Source: an uncultured Candidatus Saccharibacteria bacterium (lineage in GTDB: Bacteria > Patescibacteriota > Dojkabacteria > JAHIVN01). From it: a stretch of 64,000 bases of DNA. Shown in pieces: positions 37,171 through 46,096 of the stretch (position 1 is the first letter of the stretch; each line of letters starts with the position of its first letter). Made by a program: the position numbers and the translations under genes. Below the pieces are notes generated by a model. The model made no database searches. It saw only the letters and a program-made list of their open reading frames with translations, and had not been told where the DNA came from. Location: positions 504 through 64,503 of the forward strand of contig CAZNER010000001.1 in assembly GCA_964572065.1 (NCBI GenBank). Direction: 5' to 3'.

Positions 37171-37957
37171 ACTCCTTCCATTTGTTAATATTATATAAAA
37201 CGTTTTTATGTATTCTTTTATTATTATATTCTTTCCAAAACCAATTTTTATTTTTTGTGGGTTTTGGGTTCTGTATGTTATTGAAATGTTTATTTCTAAC
37301 TCCGTATATAAAAGGCATAGAAGAATCATTAGAACGTACTATATTATTATTTTTATAAAAAAGTAATTCAAGCGGATCACATAAACCTAATAGATGAATC
37401 GGTTTAGAATAATAAGTAGTTATAAAATCTATAAAAAGTTGCCTATTTATTACCTGTCTTGTTGTAAAATCTGGACTTTGATAAATAGGTACCCCCTCAA
37501 TACTATCAGTTACTGCAGGAATACAAATAGTATCAATTTCAGGTATTTTACAATATTCTAAAAATAAATTTATTCTGGATTGCCATGTAGAACCGTGAAT
37601 AACCGCAGCAATTTTACAATATTTATGTAAATGTTTTTTGTGTTTGCTAATAAATTCCTTAACTAAAAGATGAGTACCGTAAGCATCATTTGGTACTTCA
37701 GGAACCACTACTTCATCTACTTTTAATTTATTAGATAGAAATACCAAATCTTCACCTCGCAAAGCATAACCTAATTCAAAAGTGGAATTATCAAGCATAA
37801 AATAATTCTTTATCCCTTTATTCCTTATTAACTTAGAATAGAAATTCATATAAACTTTAGATTTTAAACAAAGATGGGCTAATATCAAATGAAAATCAAA
37901 TAAAGAAGCGTATGTTTTTAAATACTGAATATTCGTAATTAAACCCAATTTCATCAT
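37151..37957 (-). CDS. dpdA: candidate DpdA-like (tRNA-guanine transglycosylase-fold) DNA 7-deazaguanine transglycosylase
   Basis: 268-aa ORF wedged between QueE/unknown and FolE. The Asp-containing stretches MLDNSTFELG and RSNDSSMPF resemble the two catalytic-Asp regions of TGT/ArcTGT/DpdA (by eye only). Confidence 0.45.
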   Translation of the reverse strand: MMKLGLITNIQYLKTYASLFDFHLILAHLCLKSKVYMNFYSKLIRNKGIKNYFMLDNSTFELGYALRGEDLVFLSNKLKVDEVVVPEVPNDAYGTHLLVKEFISKHKKHLHKYCKIAAVIHGSTWQSRINLFLEYCKIPEIDTICIPAVTDSIEGVPIYQSPDFTTRQVINRQLFIDFITTYYSKPIHLLGLCDPLELLFYKNNNIVRSNDSSMPFIYGVRNKHFNNIQNPKPTKNKNWFWKEYNNKRIHKNVLYNINKWKEYANGRL

Positions 37958-38460
37958 TTAATCTCCGGAAGAATTATTTTATATGCCTTTTTATTCCTTT
38001 TTATCACAAAACCGTATTTATATCTAAGTAATTCAATTGTAAAAGATATGTATCTATCAATATCTTTTATATTATGATTTACAAATTTTTTAATTAAACT
38101 ATCCTTTAAATTAGCTTTTGTCTGTTCAATTTTTAAAGCTTCAAAAATAAAACGCCGCATACTTGAACGAAAAGGATTGGGATCATTCTTATCTTTTTTA
38201 AGTGTTAAATTTTGCTTTGGTTTTTCTATTTTTACCTTTTTTGTTTCTTTGTTTTCTATAATTACCTCTTTTTGTTGTTCTTTTTCATAATCAGCAGTTA
38301 CTATTTGCTCTACAACATTTTCTTCTTTTTTACGTTTTTCGTAAATATTTACAACTAATTGTTCATCCGTCAAAGATGGCCAACCAGATATTTGTAAATC
38401 TCTAGCGATACGTCTTAATTCTGGGCGCGTTTTTTTAGTTAATTGTTCTATAGTTTCCAT
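37954..38460 (-). CDS. basic protein with Rho_N/SAP-like N-terminal motif
   Basis: LTKKTRPELRRIARDLQISGWPSLTDEQLVVNI, followed by a Lys-rich linker. Confidence 0.45.
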   Translation of the reverse strand: METIEQLTKKTRPELRRIARDLQISGWPSLTDEQLVVNIYEKRKKEENVVEQIVTADYEKEQQKEVIIENKETKKVKIEKPKQNLTLKKDKNDPNPFRSSMRRFIFEALKIEQTKANLKDSLIKKFVNHNIKDIDRYISFTIELLRYKYGFVIKRNKKAYKIILPEIK

Positions 38461-38461
38461 A

Positions 38462-39193
38462 TTAAACCTCCACAGAAGAATTCGCCAACTCTGGCCAAAT
38501 ATATTTATGTAACTGTATTTGTACTTTTGTACGATCTAAAATATCAAGTAAATATGAAGAAGGCGGTGTTTGAAAAGCTCCCCTCTGTAACCATTTTACT
38601 AAATCTTTGGGAGCTACTATATTGTGTGCTGGGGATAAAGCAATATTAAAAGGAAAAGAAAAATATCCTTCGTGTTTTAATATAAATGCCCAAACCCAAT
38701 CAAAATCTTCTTCATCATAAATAACAAATTTTACCCAATCATTAGTACTTAAATGTGTTAAGTTATCATATATCATAGCAGTATTCATTCTTGATGCTGG
38801 AGTTTTAATATCTAAAACTATACTTTTTTGTACTCCTTTTTCTACTAACCCTTTTATGTTGTAAGAACCGTTAGTTTCTATAGAAATAGAATAAGCTACG
38901 GGTTTGACCAACTCTTCCATTAATCTATACAATCCGGTAGGTTGCATTAAAGGTTCCCCACCAGTTATAGTAATGCGCCTATTAAGAGCTATAGCCTTAA
39001 CTTCTTGCACAATTTGCGGTATAGACATAGATTTGTATGTCTCAAAAGCGTACTTAGTATCGCAATCTTTACATCTTAAATTGCATCCACCAAAACGAAT
39101 AAAAGTAGTAAACCCTCCCGCGCCGCCAGTACCATTGACTTCTCCGTCAATAGAATTAAATATAGAACATATATTGATTATATCTTTAGACAT
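38462..39193 (-). CDS. queE: 7-carboxy-7-deazaguanine synthase (QueE, radical SAM)
   Basis: FIRFGGCNLRCKDCDTKYAF (Cx3Cx2C) and ITGGEPL. No SD. The ATG lies 6 nt after a TATAAT hexamer. Confidence 0.85.
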   Translation of the reverse strand: MSKDIINICSIFNSIDGEVNGTGGAGGFTTFIRFGGCNLRCKDCDTKYAFETYKSMSIPQIVQEVKAIALNRRITITGGEPLMQPTGLYRLMEELVKPVAYSISIETNGSYNIKGLVEKGVQKSIVLDIKTPASRMNTAMIYDNLTHLSTNDWVKFVIYDEEDFDWVWAFILKHEGYFSFPFNIALSPAHNIVAPKDLVKWLQRGAFQTPPSSYLLDILDRTKVQIQLHKYIWPELANSSVEV

Positions 39194-39199
39194 ATTAAT

Positions 39200-39239
39200 A
39201 TTATATACAAAAAAGCCCTATCAAAATAATAGGGCTTTT
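39200..39239 (-). terminator. Rho-independent terminator fused to a promoter-like -10 element
   Basis: 11-bp stem AAAAGCCCTAT (39211..39221) / ATAGGGCTTTT (39229..39239). The minus strand continues TTTTTTGTATATAAT, with TATAAT at 39200..39205. Confidence 0.65.
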
Positions 39240-39259
39240 AATATTTAAAAATAATTTAA

Positions 39260-39466
39260 TTATTTATTTTCTGTACCAGGAACTTCTTTTTTTTCTCCTT
39301 TTTTTGTCAACATTACTTTTCTTGTAGATATTGCAACTTTAATTTTCTTCTCATCATCTTGCGGTCTTTGAGCTAAGACGGCTTTAACTATGTTCTCCCT
39401 TGTCTCATTTTTCACAAGCAAGGGGTCAATTATAGAAGCTCTAGTAACTTTTTTTTCTTCAGCCAT
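39260..39466 (-). CDS. hypothetical small basic protein
   Basis: 68-aa ORF with TAGGAGGA upstream. Confidence 0.45.
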   Translation of the reverse strand: MAEEKKVTRASIIDPLLVKNETRENIVKAVLAQRPQDDEKKIKVAISTRKVMLTKKGEKKEVPGTENK

Positions 39467-39524
39467 TTCAATCCTCCTAAATTAAAGATTTTAAAAAAAT
39501 AAATTATTATAAAAATACGTTAAA

Positions 39525-39710
39525 TTAAGTAGTTTTTACTTCCCCTAAAGTCTTTTCAAGATGCAACTTTATACTAAAAAGGTTATTTTCTTTTCCTTCC
39601 TCATAAACAGCATCCAACATGTCTATTCCAGATTGTAAAATTTTTCTAGTTTCCTCCTTTTCTATATCCAATTTATCTATTTGTAAGATTGGGTATCGGG
39701 CCATTAACAC
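39525..39710 (-). CDS. hypothetical small protein
   Basis: 61-aa ORF with AAGGAGG upstream. Confidence 0.4.
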   Translation of the reverse strand: MLMARYPILQIDKLDIEKEETRKILQSGIDMLDAVYEEGKENNLFSIKLHLEKTLGEVKTT

Positions 39711-39718
39711 CTCCTTTC

Positions 39719-40537
39719 TTAATTAGACATTAAAAAATTCCAACAATTACTTTCAATCTGTTTCCTAATTTTTTTAAGTTTATTTCTTGTAATACTTTTT
39801 TCACCGTATACATTACAATATAATCCATATAATTCATTTTCTGTAATCCTATAACCATCTTGACTAAACTCCACTAATAATTTAAAAATCCTTTGAGATA
39901 AAGCATCTAAAGAATTATTAAATAATTCCAAATCTAAAAATAACGAATTATCATTATTATAGCATGATGTCTTTTCCTCTAAACCCCGTTCCATTAATAA
40001 ATCAATATATTCTTCTTCATCTCTTATATTTACAATTTTTTTAGTCATTTGACAACACTTTTTATCAAAAAATTCTACTTCCGTTGGTACTCCACCTCTT
40101 TTTTGTGAATTATTCTTTATAATCTGATTATCAATCCTATCATTTTTAAAATATCTATAAAAATAACAATAAAAACCTTTTGGATCTAAACCCTCTGGAT
40201 CTTCTTGTAATTGTTGTTGTCTCAAATCTGAAGCCCTGTGTTTCCAATTCTTCTGTCCAAAAATCCTATTTGGTCGGTAACCGTCATCTTTTTCAGAAAC
40301 ATAATCAAAATGATAACCGGTTAGTATAGTATAAATCATAGCCCGAGCTTCATTTAACAAATCTTCTGGCGTAACTCCTTTAAGATATTTAGACCACTTT
40401 TCGCATAAATAACCCAGCTTAAAACCCAACCCATTTTCTAATGGTTCTTTTTCTATTATATCAATTATCTTTTCAATAGCTGTTTTATCATGATTCTTAC
40501 CTTTACGAATTAAATCTGCTGTTAACTCTGCAACCAT
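39719..40537 (-). CDS. hypothetical protein, possibly a divergent sigma-like/HTH transcription factor
   Basis: 272-aa ORF. The C-terminal stretch LSQRIFKLLVEF...ITENELYGLYCNVYGEKSITRNKLKKIRKQI is HTH-like (weak, by eye). Confidence 0.5.
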   Translation of the reverse strand: MVAELTADLIRKGKNHDKTAIEKIIDIIEKEPLENGLGFKLGYLCEKWSKYLKGVTPEDLLNEARAMIYTILTGYHFDYVSEKDDGYRPNRIFGQKNWKHRASDLRQQQLQEDPEGLDPKGFYCYFYRYFKNDRIDNQIIKNNSQKRGGVPTEVEFFDKKCCQMTKKIVNIRDEEEYIDLLMERGLEEKTSCYNNDNSLFLDLELFNNSLDALSQRIFKLLVEFSQDGYRITENELYGLYCNVYGEKSITRNKLKKIRKQIESNCWNFLMSN

Positions 40538-40552
40538 ATTGCCTCCAAATAT

Positions 40553-40885
40553 TTATTTTTTTAAATTATTTATATAATATTCTTTACCTTTTTCTGTTGG
40601 TTGATATAATTTTGCATGGTTATTACCTATTCCATTATAAAAACCATAAACCATTTCACCAGTCCAATATGGAGAATTATTTATACAAGTACATACTTGT
40701 CCAGCCGTTAAAAAACTACAATGATTTGCTCCAGCAATATCTACAACTCCGTGAATAAAATCTAAATCTCCCCAATCTACAAAGCCAGCATGTTTATTCA
40801 TATTATTATAAAACCAAACTAAAGCGGCTTTTGCAATACTCATATTTTTACCTCGACCTATTCTATGTATTCTATTTTTTTTCAT
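40553..40885 (-). CDS. hypothetical protein
   Basis: 110-aa ORF with no SD. The ATG lies 10 nt after TATAAT (40896..40901). Confidence 0.45.
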   Translation of the reverse strand: MKKNRIHRIGRGKNMSIAKAALVWFYNNMNKHAGFVDWGDLDFIHGVVDIAGANHCSFLTAGQVCTCINNSPYWTGEMVYGFYNGIGNNHAKLYQPTEKGKEYYINNLKK

Positions 40886-40969
40886 GCGAATTTTAATTAT
40901 ATAAGTATAAAATATTCTTAAAAGATAATAAATTTATATTCAAAAATCAAATTTTTATTATAAAAAGTA

Positions 40970-41009
40970 GAAAAACAGGAATAACTAAAATAGTTAAGTT
41001 ATCCCTGTT
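40970..41009 (-). terminator. Rho-independent terminator
   Basis: 13-bp stem (40974..40986 / 40997..41009) with one pair that is G-U only in the minus-strand RNA. The minus strand continues TTTTTCTACTTTTT. Confidence 0.6.
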
Positions 41010-41034
41010 TATTAATTGTAACCAAAATGACATA

Positions 41035-41580
41035 TTAGAAAAAATTAGAAAGTTGTTTACTAAAATATAATTTAACTTCAAGAAGATCATAATAAGCGTT
41101 ATCACTATATGGTTGATCTACTATATAACCATAATACCTATTATAATTGATTTCATACCGTTTAAAACAACGAAGTGAAATACCATACTGTAATATAGTT
41201 TGTGATGTATGAAAATTAAAATTATTTTTATTATGGGCATCCGCAATCAATTTCACATGTGCCCGACCTATTAAATATAGTACGTCATCGATATGCATAG
41301 CATCCAAACTAACATTCAAACCAAAATGATATTGGGCTAAAGCATCAATATTAATAGGAGTAGCATCTACCGGATTACCTTCATTATCTACTTGAAATAA
41401 GCGTTGATAACTATCATCTTCATCATATTCAGCACTAGGATAGGCTGACCAATTAGAAGTCAAAAACTTACCGCCATATATATAACCATCCAAATTACAA
41501 GGGTAAGTAATATTAGTACCACTAGCAACTGTTATAGCCAAGAAAAGAAGAGATAATGAAATTATTAAATATCTACGCAT
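41035..41580 (-). CDS. secreted protein of unknown function
   Basis: N-terminal signal-peptide-like MRRYLIISLSLLFLAITVASG. AAGGAGG upstream. Confidence 0.55.
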   Translation of the reverse strand: MRRYLIISLSLLFLAITVASGTNITYPCNLDGYIYGGKFLTSNWSAYPSAEYDEDDSYQRLFQVDNEGNPVDATPINIDALAQYHFGLNVSLDAMHIDDVLYLIGRAHVKLIADAHNKNNFNFHTSQTILQYGISLRCFKRYEINYNRYYGYIVDQPYSDNAYYDLLEVKLYFSKQLSNFF

Positions 41581-41641
41581 TTTTCACCTCCTTTTGTAAT
41601 TAAATAAACATTTTTCTATTAAAACATTTAAAAATTTTATA

Positions 41642-41905
41642 CTAAAATTTTACTTCCCACCTCGGTACATATTCTATACCTGTATCTATAGCATCTGATA
41701 CATTATCTAAATTAAAACGTCTAATACCCGGTTCCCTTTCAATATCCGTCATTAAAGAATAGCCCCAATAAAAGTTTTCTTTAATTTCATAGGGTTCTGT
41801 ATCTCTAATAGTAGTAACACCTTTTCTGTCTGTATAAGTTATTCTTACTATATGATTTTGTACTCCCGCATTTTGAATTACTGCTATTACATCTGGATTT
41901 GCCAT
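41642..41905 (-). CDS. stand-alone WYL-domain-like protein
   Basis: 87-aa ORF. The pattern RITYTDRKGVTTIRDTEPYEI...FYWGYS...IRRFNLDNV matches the WYL domain pattern (by eye). Confidence 0.5.
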   Translation of the reverse strand: MANPDVIAVIQNAGVQNHIVRITYTDRKGVTTIRDTEPYEIKENFYWGYSLMTDIEREPGIRRFNLDNVSDAIDTGIEYVPRWEVKF

Positions 41906-41934
41906 AATTAAACTCCTTTTTTGTTACATTTATT

Positions 41935-41963
41935 AATATAGCACCTTTTGAATTAAAAGCCAA
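41935..41963 (-). promoter_or_regulatory. sigma70-type promoter (TTGGCT-17 nt-TATATT)
   Basis: Minus strand reads TTGGCTTTTAATTCAAAAGGTGCTATATT, preceded by an A-tract. Paralogous to 19085..19113. Confidence 0.5.
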
Positions 41964-41995
41964 ACTATTTTTTAAAATTTTTCAACTTTAACCAT

Positions 41996-42970
41996 TTAAC
42001 CGTTTAAATCAGGTATTAAAGCCCCAGATTGAATTCTTTGATTAAAAAATTCTATAAATTCCTCACTAGTACAAGAATCTGGATCTTTTAAATTATTCGG
42101 TAAAGTTATTCTAGAAAAGTTTACTCCGTGATTAGAAACTCTAGATTCTGATTTAGCTTGCCCTAACTTACCAGGTAAATCAGAATCCATACATAATATA
42201 ATATCATCCCAATATTTTAATAATATAGGAACCTGATTTGATAATACTATACCCCCCAATACAGATACTGCATTATAACCAAAACGTTCCAAAGTTAAAA
42301 CATCAAATATGCCTTCAACGACTATCACATATTTCTTATATAATTTAGCCTTATATCCATTAAATAAACACTTTTCTACCCCAGATGGATATAAATATTT
42401 ATCTTCTTGTTTACCGTCAATTCTATGGGCGCAAAAGAATTTATACCTAGAATCTACATCAAAAATGGGTATAATAATGCGTTTTCTGTAATAGCCTGCA
42501 GAACAATAACGAATTTGTCTTTCTTTAATAATATCTTCTGTTAGTTGCCTTTTTCTAATAAGATAATCTAAAACATGTTTTGGAAGTTCTTCTGTCAAGT
42601 GAAAAGGCATAAAAACCACTTTATCTGTTTTTGTATCTGCTTTTTTCTCGTCTATAAAAATATCTGTAAAATCATTATTTAAAAATTCTTGTAGAAAAGT
42701 ATCTGGTTTAAGGGTTTTCCCTGAACCCCCGCTTGGCAATTCACCTGTTAATTCTAACCTTCGAGCTAAAGTCCAAATATTACCAGATTCGTGACAACCA
42801 AAGCAGTAAAACTTCCATGGATAATTTTTCTGAATAGAAAAAGAGGGGTGAGCATCTCCTAAACCTTTATCGTGATTTTCTGGCCAAGGACAGGTAGTTC
42901 TAACATTTTCTCCAAGATCTCTTATATTTTTAAAATTGTTAGCTTCTAAATAAGAAATAATATCAAACAT
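41996..42970 (-). CDS. dnaG: DnaG-type primase (zinc finger + TOPRIM)
   Basis: CPWPENH...FYCFGCHESG zinc-binding region. TOPRIM motifs VVEGIFDV and MDSDLPG. Confidence 0.8.
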   Translation of the reverse strand: MFDIISYLEANNFKNIRDLGENVRTTCPWPENHDKGLGDAHPSFSIQKNYPWKFYCFGCHESGNIWTLARRLELTGELPSGGSGKTLKPDTFLQEFLNNDFTDIFIDEKKADTKTDKVVFMPFHLTEELPKHVLDYLIRKRQLTEDIIKERQIRYCSAGYYRKRIIIPIFDVDSRYKFFCAHRIDGKQEDKYLYPSGVEKCLFNGYKAKLYKKYVIVVEGIFDVLTLERFGYNAVSVLGGIVLSNQVPILLKYWDDIILCMDSDLPGKLGQAKSESRVSNHGVNFSRITLPNNLKDPDSCTSEEFIEFFNQRIQSGALIPDLNG

Positions 42971-43021
42971 ATTTAATATGAACTACGCATTAACTAAAGA
43001 CTTATGTGTTTTCTTTGTCGG

Positions 43022-44518
43022 TTAATATAAACTATATTTACCTTTTTTAATAGTAGCTTCCATTTGTCTTTTTTGTTCTTCTTCTTGTATAGAACGAATT
43101 AAATAATCTGGACCCAATTTATTTATTAAATCTCTATATTTAGTTTTATCATGTAATTTACCCTCTTTAAAAGATGGACAAAGCATTGCTTGTTTTAATT
43201 CTTTACCTCCGTCTCTATTTTTAATAATACCTTGTCTAATTATACCATATAATTCATCTTTTCTAGTTTGAGCCAAATAAGACACGCCAGTTGCGTGTTG
43301 TACTGGATAAGGACTGTAGGCACTATCTTCTTCTGTCAATATTGGTTTATGCTTAGAAGTTTTTTTTGTTTGGTGTACTGCTACTACTACTAAACCTTGT
43401 TGATCATTCCAATTTCTAGCAAGCTGTGCCAAACCTTCTGATATGTTTCCCAAACCTTTCCAATCTCTTGAATCTGTTGACCCTTCCGCTTTCAAGTCCG
43501 GCAATTGATCTACTAATACAAGTTGGGGTTCAAAATCTTGTTCTGCAGTATTATATAATTCATTCTTTAAGTCAGAAACAGTAGCACCCTGATCAAAACT
43601 AATAACCTTATACTGTACTTTCCTTTCTTTTACTTTAGCCATTTGCGTTTCCCATAATTGCATATCTTCATTTGATAAATTGGGTACCCAGTCTCCTTTT
43701 TCATCTTTTACTATAGGATCTCTGAATTTTTCAAAAGGAATGCCAGTAAGTCTTACATACCATCTAGCCTGTGCCTTCCATTTATTCATTTCTATAGTAA
43801 ATAATACAGTAGGAATATTTTGTAAACAGGCATAAAAACTAAGTTCATTTAAAGTCCAACTTTTACCCATACCTGTGTAACCTAGAAATAAATAGTATTC
43901 TCCTCTATAAAAACCTCTCCAAGAATCATTTTTATCAATCAATTCTAAACCTGTACGAATACCTACATATTTTTCTGGGTTTGCTTTCTTTTCTGCTATT
44001 AATTGTTTATGAAAAGTAAAATCATCTACTATAGTACCGGCATTAACATAAATTCTAGAATCAGACTGAATGCGGGCATCTGTAAGAGCTTTTTCTGCTC
44101 CTTGAATATTACCTTCAGACAACTCTTCTTTAACAGCTTCAGTAACATCACACACTTTCCTAACCCGCGCCATTATCTGTAGTTGTTCCAATAAATAATT
44201 AAAACTACCTTCAGATACCTCTTCTGTAAATATCTTATCTATTAAAATTAAAAAATTTTCCTGTTCGGTATCTTTTTTGTTCTTTTTAACAGTATTTATC
44301 AAAATTTCTTTTAATTCTTCTTCATATAAAGGCTTATACACCTTATTAATAAGATTCTTAATAATAAGAAATATAAATTGTAAAGCTTCATCTTTAAAAT
44401 ACTCTTTCTTTAATAAAGTAGGTTTTTTACGTATATAATCAAAACAAGAATGATATTTTAAAATACAGGTAAGTAACCTACGTTCATAATCTACATTAGC
44501 ATATTGTAAACTACTCAT
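43022..44518 (-). CDS. dnaB: DnaB-like replicative helicase
   Basis: DnaB-like N-terminal domain, Walker A GYTGMGKSWT and a RecA-like C-terminal domain. Confidence 0.8.
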   Translation of the reverse strand: MSSLQYANVDYERRLLTCILKYHSCFDYIRKKPTLLKKEYFKDEALQFIFLIIKNLINKVYKPLYEEELKEILINTVKKNKKDTEQENFLILIDKIFTEEVSEGSFNYLLEQLQIMARVRKVCDVTEAVKEELSEGNIQGAEKALTDARIQSDSRIYVNAGTIVDDFTFHKQLIAEKKANPEKYVGIRTGLELIDKNDSWRGFYRGEYYLFLGYTGMGKSWTLNELSFYACLQNIPTVLFTIEMNKWKAQARWYVRLTGIPFEKFRDPIVKDEKGDWVPNLSNEDMQLWETQMAKVKERKVQYKVISFDQGATVSDLKNELYNTAEQDFEPQLVLVDQLPDLKAEGSTDSRDWKGLGNISEGLAQLARNWNDQQGLVVVAVHQTKKTSKHKPILTEEDSAYSPYPVQHATGVSYLAQTRKDELYGIIRQGIIKNRDGGKELKQAMLCPSFKEGKLHDKTKYRDLINKLGPDYLIRSIQEEEQKRQMEATIKKGKYSLY

Positions 44519-45152
44519 TTCTTATATTCTTTCCTGAAATTGAAATTAATATTAAACGTTCTGTAATAAAAGAAGCTAATTTAGTACCAAAAGTTTCTCG
44601 AATTTTATTAAAAGATAAATCAGAACTTATAAACAACCTTTTTAAATCCCAATTATACAAAACCATTTCTACAAAATCGGTAATGTGATTGGCAATAAAA
44701 CTTGTAGTACCTATATATCTATCCGTAAAATCATCAATAACTATAATCTGTGTTCGAGCAATTAAATCTCTTAATTGCATCCATAATTCATAATTAGTAT
44801 TTTGGTGACATTCTCTTAATATGGGTACTAATTCACTCATACGAAAACAATATACTATAACACCTTCTTTTATAAAATATTGAGCAGCAAGATAAGTTAG
44901 GGCACTTTTGCCTTGGCCTACATTATTAGAAGATTGTCCGGTAACATACAAACCTTTACCTTTTTCGCTAGTCTTACAAAAATTTAGTATTTTCTCCGCC
45001 ACATTTTTATTCTGCATATAATTATTCAAATTATCCAAATCCCAATAGGGACGAGGAATGTTAGCTTCAATATACCTCGTATATAAATGAAATTTTGGAT
45101 GATCTGGTTTTATTGTGTCTTGTAATTGTTTTATTTTTTGTTCTGTATTCAT
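44511..45152 (-). CDS. DnaC/IstB-like AAA+ ATPase (helicase loader candidate)
   Basis: Walker A NVGQGKSAL and Walker B IIVIDDF. Lies directly upstream of the helicase gene. Confidence 0.6.
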   Translation of the reverse strand: MNTEQKIKQLQDTIKPDHPKFHLYTRYIEANIPRPYWDLDNLNNYMQNKNVAEKILNFCKTSEKGKGLYVTGQSSNNVGQGKSALTYLAAQYFIKEGVIVYCFRMSELVPILRECHQNTNYELWMQLRDLIARTQIIVIDDFTDRYIGTTSFIANHITDFVEMVLYNWDLKRLFISSDLSFNKIRETFGTKLASFITERLILISISGKNIRNE

Positions 45153-46096
45153 AATAATCTCCTAAAAGAACTATGCGTTTGAATATGCTTTTCTTCTTTT
45201 TCTATTTCTAATAATATATTATTTATAGCCATCTTATCTTTTTTAATTTTAATCTGTTGTATATACCGCTCTACCTCCTCTTTTGAACAATCCCATGCTT
45301 GCCACTTTTCAATATAACAAGGAGGAGTAACCTGTTGTTTCTTTTCTGTATTTAAAAAATTCTGGATGTTATCAACACTACATAAAAGCGAAAGAAAAGA
45401 TTTCTTATTATGTCGAAAGTTAGATAACGAATCTATATGATGATTAATATAATCTAATAAATCTGTTTTTGTTTTACTGTGTTTTAAAAAAAATTCAATA
45501 AGATCTCTTTTAAATCTTGCTAAATATATACCTTTGTTTCTATCTCCTTCAACATAAGGAATATGATAACATTTAAAATATAATTGTTTAATATATAATA
45601 AAAAGTGAGTAGCCTTCCAAGTCTCTATATCTTCCGGTAAAACGCGCTTTTTCTTATTTGAAGGTTTCTTTTTATCCAAAACTATTTTAATATCCGAAGC
45701 CCGTTTCTTTTGATATACGTGGGTTGTCGCAAAAGTTACTAAATTTTTATACGCTCCAGGAGTAATACAATTTTGTTTTGTCATGATTTTACAATACCTT
45801 AAAAATTCTTTTTTAGTTAAATCTTTAACCGGTAAAATTTTATAAAAATTGCCGGTAGGCTTCCGAACTACTTCTAGTAACTCCCATATTTCTAATTTCT
45901 TTAATGATACAGATATAGCAGTATCTTGTATGTGTGTTTTAATTGATAAGTATTTTAAAGATAAAGAAACAATAGATGATTCTTGAGTGGCGCTTTCCAA
46001 ATATATAACAACATAAAGTAAAAAAGCGCTTTGCCCTATACCCTGTATATACTGATCTAAAAGTTTAGTGAAATCTTCTAATAAATTATTATTCAT
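45149..46096 (-). CDS. hypothetical protein (possible winged-helix replication initiator)
   Basis: 315-aa ORF upstream of the loader and helicase genes. wHTH-like stretch SLKKLEIWELLEVVRKP (weak). Confidence 0.4.
   Translation of the reverse strand: MNNNLLEDFTKLLDQYIQGIGQSAFLLYVVIYLESATQESSIVSLSLKYLSIKTHIQDTAISVSLKKLEIWELLEVVRKPTGNFYKILPVKDLTKKEFLRYCKIMTKQNCITPGAYKNLVTFATTHVYQKKRASDIKIVLDKKKPSNKKKRVLPEDIETWKATHFLLYIKQLYFKCYHIPYVEGDRNKGIYLARFKRDLIEFFLKHSKTKTDLLDYINHHIDSLSNFRHNKKSFLSLLCSVDNIQNFLNTEKKQQVTPPCYIEKWQAWDCSKEEVERYIQQIKIKKDKMAINNILLEIEKEEKHIQTHSSFRRLL

Noticed and set aside
37171-37329. N-terminal 53-codon extension of the folE ORF given in the ORF track (start at 37329).
   Set aside because: The extension is hydrophobic and low-complexity and would overlap the upstream gene by 179 nt. 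The ATG at 37170 has a GGAAGGAG SD and yields a normal-length GTP cyclohydrolase I.
38462-39260. preQ1-type riboswitch upstream of the que genes.
   Set aside because: The leaders of queE, queC, queD and folE are either absent (overlapping genes or a leaderless start) or occupied by a terminator hairpin. No preQ1-like hairpin with an A-rich tail was seen.
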